A DNA stretch of 64,000 nt from an uncultured virus (IMG/VR IMGVR_UViG_3300035660_000549) (Duplodnaviria > Heunggongvirae > Uroviricota > Caudoviricetes): the IMG/VR virus record IMGVR_UViG_3300035660_000549; one strand, 5' to 3'. The position numbers were made by a program, and so were the translations under genes. The first letter of the stretch is position 1. The number at the start of each line of letters is the position of its first letter. The notes beneath the pieces were generated by a model, which had not been told where the DNA came from, did not search any database, and was given only the letters and a program-made list of their open reading frames with translations. This document shows positions 56,989 to 64,000 of the stretch, piece after piece.

Positions 56989-57789
56989 TTATTCTCTATT
57001 TCTAACTTCAACTATTAATCTTTCAACTTCTATGGAATGAATTCCTTCATATTCACATACACCGATTGCTAGTTGTATGAAATTATAAATTCTATCTGTT
57101 TCACTAGATGGTATGAAACCAATAAAAATTCCTCCTTCATTAATTATAGTACATCCATGAAATAGACTATGTAGGTTGGAAGGAAGAGATCCTAAAACTT
57201 CATCTGTAAAATAACAATTTAGAAAGATCGAATTATGGAAATCAAAGTCTGGATTTCTAAAAACTTCATTGTAGTATATAATATCATATTCCTGTATTTC
57301 TCTTAGAGCTTCTGAAATATTGTTTGGTCTGGATGTAGTTTGAATTGTTATTTCATGAGGTCCTGAAACACTATCCCAATGGATTCCACTATTATCTTGA
57401 ATAAAAGACTGTCTAGGAGCTTCTGTTGGAGTTCCTAGAATCTCAGGAGGAGTTGGTACTTCATCTCTTTCTAAATCTATCCCTTGATCTATATCATCTA
57501 CTATTCTCTGGTAACTTCTGATAGCGGTAGATAGATAATCATGGATCTCATTTAATAGTTTCTTTTTCTTCTTAGTATTCCACTTCTCTACTACAACAGA
57601 ATGTGAACCCAGACTTAGTATCCTAACTTCATAGTCTCCTATAGTACACTTTTCTATTATCTTTCCTTTAGGATAGAAGTATTCATTTTCCCTAGTACAC
57701 TTCCAACACCTCCAGGTTCCAGTAGAATCTATATAACCTTCATTAGATCGATGTTTGGGACACTTGAATTCCATCTTCTTTTTCTTCAT
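56989..57789 (-). CDS. Hypothetical protein with N-terminal Zn ribbon
   Basis: CPKH...CWKC. Confidence 0.55.
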   Translation of the reverse strand: MKKKKMEFKCPKHRSNEGYIDSTGTWRCWKCTRENEYFYPKGKIIEKCTIGDYEVRILSLGSHSVVVEKWNTKKKKKLLNEIHDYLSTAIRSYQRIVDDIDQGIDLERDEVPTPPEILGTPTEAPRQSFIQDNSGIHWDSVSGPHEITIQTTSRPNNISEALREIQEYDIIYYNEVFRNPDFDFHNSIFLNCYFTDEVLGSLPSNLHSLFHGCTIINEGGIFIGFIPSSETDRIYNFIQLAIGVCEYEGIHSIEVERLIVEVRNRE

Positions 57790-58251
57790 TTATTTTCCTT
57801 CTTTTATTTTAACCATTTTGATCTTTATAATCTCATCATAAGAAGTATTCTTCTTCTTGATATGGGACCAGTATAGAGTTATTAATCCAGCAGAATTTAG
57901 ATTTCCTAGAGCTCCTATATACTTATGAGGAAGGCTTAGGATAGCCACTGGATATTTTATGTATCTAAGGAAGTTGTATAAAGTCCTTTCAGTTAAAGAA
58001 AGACTTTTCTTTTCTTTAGTACTCTCTTCTTTTTCTATATTCTTTCCAGAAAATATAGGATTAAAGAATGGACAGATTGTTATAACACTAGGATCATGTA
58101 GCATTGGGTTAAACATTAGGCCAGTGTCTGGGCAATACCACTCTTGTGAATTATTAATCTTCAGAGGATATGGTTTAGTACAATCCATACAGTTATTAGT
58201 TATAAATACTCCCTGCCTATCATTCTTGATTCTCTTATTCTTCTTCTTCAA
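57790..58251 (-). CDS. Hypothetical protein (Cys cluster plus possible wHTH)
   Basis: CMDC...CP...CP; 'LSLTERTLYNFL'. Confidence 0.5.
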   Translation of the reverse strand: MKKKNKRIKNDRQGVFITNNCMDCTKPYPLKINNSQEWYCPDTGLMFNPMLHDPSVITICPFFNPIFSGKNIEKEESTKEKKSLSLTERTLYNFLRYIKYPVAILSLPHKYIGALGNLNSAGLITLYWSHIKKKNTSYDEIIKIKMVKIKEGK

Positions 58252-59149
58252 CTACCCAACCTTCCTCACTATTTAGTTTCTGGAAGAATATAGAAGACAT
58301 TTTCTGATGGTATGTTTTAGAATCTAGGAAATACTTTAATGAATTCATTCTGGTAGGATCTATATCTAATAGATAGAAAGTAGAATCTTTGATAAATAGA
58401 TCTACTACTCCATTCCCTAGCATTATTTTATTAACTAGGAGTTTAGCTATTCCTTCTAGGTCTTTTCTATTGACTTCTAATTCTTTAGATAGTTCTATGA
58501 TTTCTTTCTTTTCTTCTTTTGAAGGTTCTTCATATTTAATTGTTCTAGTATATTGACTTGTAATTCTAATGGCTTCCTTATATCGTGATCCTTCTGGGCA
58601 GTATAGAATAGTCTTATCATACTTATAGAATTTATATAGACTTCCAACTACCTCTCCTAGGAATGTATAAATTTCTATTGTTGGAAACCATGTTTTATCT
58701 AGATCTACTTCTAAAGGAGATAGCAAATGGTTCTTCTGCCATTCTGCTATTTTAGTAGAATCTAGGATTGGAAGTTCTTTATCTGTATCATAATCTACTA
58801 GATATTTAGTATTAGGAATAGTGGAGGAAAAGAATGGTAAAGTATCTATTTCATTCCCTAGAGTAATAAAAAGAGAAGGCTTGTCTTTTACTAGTTCTAA
58901 AGTAGAAGGATATGAATCTAGAAGATATCCTTTCCCTTTTAGAAACTGTAAGTTTCCAGGATTATATTCTGGTCTAAAAATAATACAGGTCTCTGGGTAA
59001 CATGCTATATTTGAAGCAGAGAAGAAAGTATTATGCCACTTTACTGATTGTGCATAGATAGGAACTTTATCCAGATCAGTAAATAGTTTGACCAGATATT
59101 CCCTGTCCTCATCCAGAGTACTATATACTAGCAATACTAAGTCTTTCAA
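58235..59149 (-). CDS. Divergent RimK-like ATP-grasp protein
   Basis: 'LVKDK', 'LGNGVVDLF...FYLLDID' correspond to RimK DK and G.D...Y.LE.N motifs, with ExN changed to DID. Confidence 0.55.
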   Translation of the reverse strand: MKDLVLLVYSTLDEDREYLVKLFTDLDKVPIYAQSVKWHNTFFSASNIACYPETCIIFRPEYNPGNLQFLKGKGYLLDSYPSTLELVKDKPSLFITLGNEIDTLPFFSSTIPNTKYLVDYDTDKELPILDSTKIAEWQKNHLLSPLEVDLDKTWFPTIEIYTFLGEVVGSLYKFYKYDKTILYCPEGSRYKEAIRITSQYTRTIKYEEPSKEEKKEIIELSKELEVNRKDLEGIAKLLVNKIMLGNGVVDLFIKDSTFYLLDIDPTRMNSLKYFLDSKTYHQKMSSIFFQKLNSEEGWVVEEEE

Positions 59150-59154
59150 TACTC

Positions 59155-60306
59155 TTAACTCCTATAGCCCTTCAGACCATCCTGTTCATGACCTAAAAAA
59201 TAAACTAGGTCAAAGTCTGGATCTTTGTTGTTCTCACTACAACCATGAGTATTGATACACTTTTCACAGTAGAACTTCTTACACCTAGAACAGAATATAG
59301 AAGTCTTCATGTCTACAACTACTTTACACTCTCTACATATACATTTCTCATTCTTTTCAGTCTTCTCTTCTTCCTTGGTTTCCTTCTCTTCTTCTTCTTT
59401 AGTTGCTTTCGGATTTAGATCCTCATAATGTGTTGTAGTCTTATTCTTATGGTAACATTCTATACAACGATCTTTCTCTAAGTTTCCTATCTTTACTTTC
59501 TCACATGGAAGATGATTAGTACCACAGAAATCACAGGATATAATTCTATTGAAGACCCATCCTCCTTCTTTTACTTTAGCTTCATTCCATTCACCATATA
59601 GTTCTGCTTTGGTCTCTCCTTTCTCTCTCCATATCTTAACTAAGGAAGAAGATTCCTCTGGAATATACAATGTCATACTAGAATCTTTAAAATTGGGAGA
59701 CTTTAAGAATTCTCTTACTCCATCGAATTCAGAAGCAATAATAAAGCTTCTGTCTATCTTAACTAGAACAAATGAAGATTCAGGTATTCCATACAGAGTA
59801 CCATCTTTGAATAGAATAATCATGTTTCCATCTGATAGTGGGTAGAACTTCTCTATTGCTTTTTCCCTAGGATATTTCTTAAGAAGTTCTTCTAGAATAT
59901 GTACAAAGATTTCTGTATCTGCTCCAGATTCTCTATTATGCCCTAAAGAATCTAGGAGTTTTCCTACATATTTATAACTGGTAAAGGTACCGTTGTGGAC
60001 TAGTGCAAAGTTTCCATTCTCACTTAGAAATGGATGTGCTTCCTTATCTTCTTCCCTATCTACTATATTAGTACTGGCCGATCTGTTATGCCCAATAGAA
60101 ATATCAGAATCTACTTTAGATAGATCTCTGGTTACTTCCATTCTAAACTTAAGGGGAGGAATAGCTTTCTTTAGAACAATTATCTTTCCAGATTCTATAT
60201 AAGCTACTCCAGAAGCATCTGTCCCTCTAGACTGTTGTGCTACTATTATATCTAGTATCTTCAGAGGAGCATTCTTTATTCCATATAGACAACATATTCC
60301 ACACAT
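59155..60306 (-). CDS. Class II (Ntn) glutamine amidotransferase with C-terminal Cys-rich domains
   Basis: 'MCGI', 'SRGTDASG', 'GHNRSAS', 'AHPF', 'VHNG', 'DTE'. Confidence 0.93.
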   Translation of the reverse strand: MCGICCLYGIKNAPLKILDIIVAQQSRGTDASGVAYIESGKIIVLKKAIPPLKFRMEVTRDLSKVDSDISIGHNRSASTNIVDREEDKEAHPFLSENGNFALVHNGTFTSYKYVGKLLDSLGHNRESGADTEIFVHILEELLKKYPREKAIEKFYPLSDGNMIILFKDGTLYGIPESSFVLVKIDRSFIIASEFDGVREFLKSPNFKDSSMTLYIPEESSSLVKIWREKGETKAELYGEWNEAKVKEGGWVFNRIISCDFCGTNHLPCEKVKIGNLEKDRCIECYHKNKTTTHYEDLNPKATKEEEEKETKEEEKTEKNEKCICRECKVVVDMKTSIFCSRCKKFYCEKCINTHGCSENNKDPDFDLVYFLGHEQDGLKGYRS

Positions 60307-60307
60307 T

Positions 60308-61216
60308 CTAAATACATTCTCCTAAATTTAACCAGTCTTCTTTTGTTTTGTAATCATTGTAAATATACTTGCTTTTTATCTTATCATCTTCAAAGAACTC
60401 TTCCCAAGTTATCCTTCCATTAATAAAATCTAGTTCAAATGATTTCCAGTCAAATAGATTATTACAACGGTTACAATAGGAAAATGAAGGGAATGTAAAG
60501 TCTGGAGCTTTAAGAGAACCACACTTTATACATTCAGTATTTTTAGAAGCATATTCCTCAAAATGTTTTAGATCAAATAAAACTTCAATATTCTGACTTC
60601 TGTTAGAGTTATCGGATGAAGAAGATGTAATTATACTTGGATCGAAGTTCTTAAGGAATTCTTTTAGAATATCCACATCTAGGGATGACAAACATGCATC
60701 ACATAGAGGAATATCTCTATATGATTTTTGATTACACCTAGAACATCTATTGTATTTTCTCTCTATATCTATCTCGTGAGAGAATGCTGTTACTAGGAAA
60801 TTAATAAACCTAGTTAGAGTATGTTGATCATACATTATACTAGCATCTGTGTCTATCTCAATAAATATATTAGGATTAGGAAGACATGGAACTATATTTA
60901 GATCAAATTTCTTAGCTAGTAATCCTAGTTCTCTAGTTAATTGTAAACTTGAAGAAGAGACCCGTATTCCTTTTGCATTTAAATAATCCCAGCTTTTAAA
61001 GAAAGAGATATCTTCAGATACTCCTTCCTGTTTGTAATGAAGTGGTCTTCTAGTGAACTTGCGAAGGAGATATGCTGGAATAAATATGTCTATGGATTTA
61101 GGAACATTGATGGCTCTAGATCTAATTTTCCCTGGGAGAGATGGGCTCTGTACATATTCTGGAAATACTTTAACAGCTTCTAATACTCCTTCCTTGATTA
61201 TTTCTTTGTTTATTAT
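60308..61216 (-). CDS. Hypothetical protein with Zn ribbons, 302 aa (ATA start)
   Basis: Frame is open 127 codons upstream of the track ATG with no ATG/GTG/TTG; ATA 61216 overlaps the upstream TAA, with GGAGG 10 nt upstream. Confidence 0.7.
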   Translation of the reverse strand: MINKEIIKEGVLEAVKVFPEYVQSPSLPGKIRSRAINVPKSIDIFIPAYLLRKFTRRPLHYKQEGVSEDISFFKSWDYLNAKGIRVSSSSLQLTRELGLLAKKFDLNIVPCLPNPNIFIEIDTDASIMYDQHTLTRFINFLVTAFSHEIDIERKYNRCSRCNQKSYRDIPLCDACLSSLDVDILKEFLKNFDPSIITSSSSDNSNRSQNIEVLFDLKHFEEYASKNTECIKCGSLKAPDFTFPSFSYCNRCNNLFDWKSFELDFINGRITWEEFFEDDKIKSKYIYNDYKTKEDWLNLGECI

Positions 61217-62559
61217 TGTATAGCATCCTCCAGAAGTTGTAATGCAGATAGAAAATTCTTTGAAGGAATAAGATTGCCAGTAAGTTCATCTTCTTTAACA
61301 ACATCAAGCATCAGAAGTTTATTTACAAGTCTAGAAGAGAAGAGAGACTGTAGAGATCCTTTAGCTTTCTGTATGGCTGTAATAATATTATGAAAATCTT
61401 TCATATGTGGATCAACCAATAAATCCATTAGATCAATAAACCTCTCTGTAGAAGGGAGATCTTCTATTTTTAGATTGTCTATAATGTCTTTAAATTCTTC
61501 TATGGAAATATGATCTTCTAGTTTAGGAAGTATGTCATTACCTGGGTTTGGAAGAGAATTAATTATGGGAACTAGATTATAAGAATCTTTAGTAAGTTTC
61601 TGTACAAAGAACCTATATTCTGATTTGTCTTCAGTTCTATTCCATTGTTCTAGGATCTTATCAGATACAGTATTTCCTTCTGCTACTGTTTCATAGAAAT
61701 CAAAGACCTCTTTCTTCAAAGTAGCAGAAACATCTTCTAAGATTTCTTTTAACCTATCTTTGTTAGAAGTGTAGAAACTCCTCCATAACTCTGTTATTGG
61801 AACATATACTTTCTTAGTCTTAATGCCAGAATATGTGATAGAAGAAGGAAGATATATAGGAATTACTGATCTACTTCCATACATTACTACTCTTTCATAT
61901 ATTTCTTCATTATTGAATACTGGTAAAGATTGATTATCACTATCTTCTAGGAGTAACCTAATAACTCCAGCTATTCCTATTATCTGGAAGAGAGGACTTG
62001 AAGAAGGAATTCTACATTCTAGAGTATCTCCGTTCTCTCCCTTAGCTAGAGCCATCCAGTGATCTCCATTTGAATCTCCAAATTCAGTAAACCTAGACCA
62101 TGAAGAGAATGCTAATCTAACATCTGAAGCTCTGTATACTCCTCCAAATATAGGAGAGTTAGCAGATAGAAGAGCTATTAGAGGTTGAGCATTGAACAAG
62201 ATCTTACTCATCTCTACCCATGATTCTGGAGACATTCCTTTTAGAGAAGTATGGATATGACCAGAACAGAAGTCATCATAGTATGGATAGTTTCCTAGTA
62301 AAGAATATATCCATTTCTCTTCTTCACATATCCCTAGACACTTTTGAATTACATATGCCAGGTGATCAGCTAATTCTCCCAGTGTTGGATATGGATCACT
62401 AGGAAACTCTGGTTTATTATCATCAAAATAGAAGCGACTGAATATATTTCTAAATTCTCCTTCTGCTAATTGATGATCTCCTTCATATCTTATGAATGGA
62501 GACTTCTCTATAGGAATTATATTTCCTTCTAGTTCCACACCTTGCTTATTTACCTTGAT
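61213..62559 (-). CDS. Carboxylate-amine ligase (GCS2/YbdK-like), probable ATC start
   Basis: 'GVELEG', 'SGHIHTS', 'PLIALLSANSP', 'TLECRI'; AGGAGG, 8-nt spacer, ATC 62559 restores the strand before GVELE. Confidence 0.8.
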   Translation of the reverse strand: MKVNKQGVELEGNIIPIEKSPFIRYEGDHQLAEGEFRNIFSRFYFDDNKPEFPSDPYPTLGELADHLAYVIQKCLGICEEEKWIYSLLGNYPYYDDFCSGHIHTSLKGMSPESWVEMSKILFNAQPLIALLSANSPIFGGVYRASDVRLAFSSWSRFTEFGDSNGDHWMALAKGENGDTLECRIPSSSPLFQIIGIAGVIRLLLEDSDNQSLPVFNNEEIYERVVMYGSRSVIPIYLPSSITYSGIKTKKVYVPITELWRSFYTSNKDRLKEILEDVSATLKKEVFDFYETVAEGNTVSDKILEQWNRTEDKSEYRFFVQKLTKDSYNLVPIINSLPNPGNDILPKLEDHISIEEFKDIIDNLKIEDLPSTERFIDLMDLLVDPHMKDFHNIITAIQKAKGSLQSLFSSRLVNKLLMLDVVKEDELTGNLIPSKNFLSALQLLEDAIQ

Positions 62560-62571
62560 ACTTTATTCCTC

Positions 62572-62793
62572 CTATAAGGACTTAATACTATTCTTTTTTG
62601 ATCCCCTGGAATATGGGGAGAGGATCAGAATTACATCTTTACCTTCTAGACCTTTTAATAATCTGATAGTGGTCTTTAGAGTACTTTCTTTATCTTTAGT
62701 GAACAGAATACAGCCTTCTCTATCTGTGGTCATTGTTATTCCAGTAATCTTACAATATATTTCTACTGGTCTTTCTTCAGACAAACTATTCAT
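62572..62793 (-). CDS. Hypothetical protein
   Basis: 73 aa ORF within the ligase operon, overlapping the upstream gene. Confidence 0.45.
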   Translation of the reverse strand: MNSLSEERPVEIYCKITGITMTTDREGCILFTKDKESTLKTTIRLLKGLEGKDVILILSPYSRGSKKNSIKSL

Positions 62794-63655
62794 CTCTTCT
62801 AATTATACATCTAATTCTAATTGGTAAATTAATCTTGTTTATTCCTTCATTTGATCTCAACCAGGGATAGTCTTCTATCTTAGGTTGATCACCTAGGATT
62901 CCTTCTTTGAATAAGAAATCTTTGATAATAAAGGAATATAACTGTCTTCCAAATTTGTTCAAACGTACTGCTGAGTTCGCTTCTAGAATATATGGTACAC
63001 CTTCTTCAGATACTATTACGTCTATTCCTCCAAAGTTTATTCCTAGAACTTTAGAAGCTTTGATACATTCTTCAATTATTTTCTCTTCTAGAGGATAATC
63101 ATGTTCATATATATCTGATAGAATGTATCCATGATCCACATTTCTAATCCAGTATTCTCCTCTAGTTGGTACTTTCTTCTGTATTCTAATAACTTCATTG
63201 TTGAATAAATGAACTCTATATTCTCTAGTAGAATAGATATACTCTACAAAATAGTCTCCATCCACTCCATTTAGCTGGAGTCTATCATCCACTCTAATAA
63301 TGTCTCTTCCCCTACTATGAAATCTTAGTCTGCTCAACACTGGAAATTTATGAGAAGGAATAGTTTCTTTCCTAGTGTAAACTATAGGAGTTCTAATTCC
63401 ATTCTCTAAAAGAAACCTAGAACATCTTAGCTTGTCTTTAACTAGGTTTACTACTTTAGAGTTGTTTAATACTATTTTAAATCTCCATTCTCTTCTAGGA
63501 CTGGAAGATACTCCATATCTAATCAGACAGTCTCCATTCTCTATCCCAGATAGAGTATTGATAGGGGTAAACCCGGAATATTCAGCTAGTTTTCTTCCTG
63601 TAGGCTTAGAGTAAAGACTAGACTCCATAAATGTTAAGAGATAGATATTTGCCAT
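62786..63655 (-). CDS. RimK-like ATP-grasp ligase
   Basis: 'KDK', 'HSRGRDI', 'EYRVH', 'WIRN', 'FGGIDV', 'YILEANSA'. Confidence 0.9.
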   Translation of the reverse strand: MANIYLLTFMESSLYSKPTGRKLAEYSGFTPINTLSGIENGDCLIRYGVSSSPRREWRFKIVLNNSKVVNLVKDKLRCSRFLLENGIRTPIVYTRKETIPSHKFPVLSRLRFHSRGRDIIRVDDRLQLNGVDGDYFVEYIYSTREYRVHLFNNEVIRIQKKVPTRGEYWIRNVDHGYILSDIYEHDYPLEEKIIEECIKASKVLGINFGGIDVIVSEEGVPYILEANSAVRLNKFGRQLYSFIIKDFLFKEGILGDQPKIEDYPWLRSNEGINKINLPIRIRCIIRRDE

Positions 63656-63934
63656 TTAGATCTTCCTTTTCTTTATAGAGACCTCTTTCTTAGTAACAAT
63701 ATCCTCTTGATATGCACAATAATTAGAGAGATAGGAATAACTATCAACTCTTTTCTCTAAGTCTTCTATTTCAGCAGAAGCATTGAATATTCTATCTAGG
63801 AATAGTGGAAATATTTGTGATAGATCTTTCATAGATTCATTTAAAATCTCTACACATACTTCAGGATCATCTTCTAAGATGTCTTGCAAATCATCTAGAA
63901 ATGTTTCAATTAGTAACTTTATTTTCTCATGCAT
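63656..63934 (-). CDS. Acidic hypothetical protein
   Basis: ORF track, 92 aa. Confidence 0.5.
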   Translation of the reverse strand: MHEKIKLLIETFLDDLQDILEDDPEVCVEILNESMKDLSQIFPLFLDRIFNASAEIEDLEKRVDSYSYLSNYCAYQEDIVTKKEVSIKKRKI

Positions 63935-64000
63935 AGTTATTCTTCCTTCTTTCCATTCTTCTTTCCTTCCTTAGGATATATGTACCACTTGTCTTCTATA

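Noticed and set aside
1..64000. tRNA/rRNA genes, integrase/att sites, or cellular chromosomal origin
   Set aside because: No cloverleaf or T-loop signatures noticed in the few intergenic gaps (by eye; tRNAscan not run). No integrase seen. Single-strand dense coding with a head-tail module indicates a virus despite the cell-like genes.

Overview
The window is 64 kb of a tailed (HK97-fold, siphovirus-like) archaeal virus genome, with essentially all genes on the minus strand. The host is probably an anaerobic TACK or Asgard archaeon, inferred from RadA, a short ERCC4 nuclease, class III RNR, TATA-type promoters and ribosomal protein eS30. In transcription order (right to left): a peptide-ligase cluster (RimK-like ATP-grasp, GCS2-like ligase, class II GATase, phiEco32-type COOH-NH2 ligases); many small ORFs including a virus-encoded eS30 homolog; recombination/replication genes (ERCC4, RecJ/DHH, RadA, putative SSB, ParB, PolB); a papain-protease/membrane-protein cassette; portal; HNH plus a frameshifted DNA methyltransferase; an ~8.5 kb glycosylation/radical-SAM cluster with an intein; NrdD; repeat-shaft fibre proteins; a 1613-aa ligase/LigD-phosphoesterase protein inside the head module; prohead protease, MCP, neck, tail tube, -1 frameshifted tail chaperones and tape measure. 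The most striking observation is a viral eS30 together with at least seven genes that appear to start at AUA/AUC/AUU codons, which suggests viral retuning of host translation (hypothesis). All family calls come from motif recognition by eye, not from database searches.
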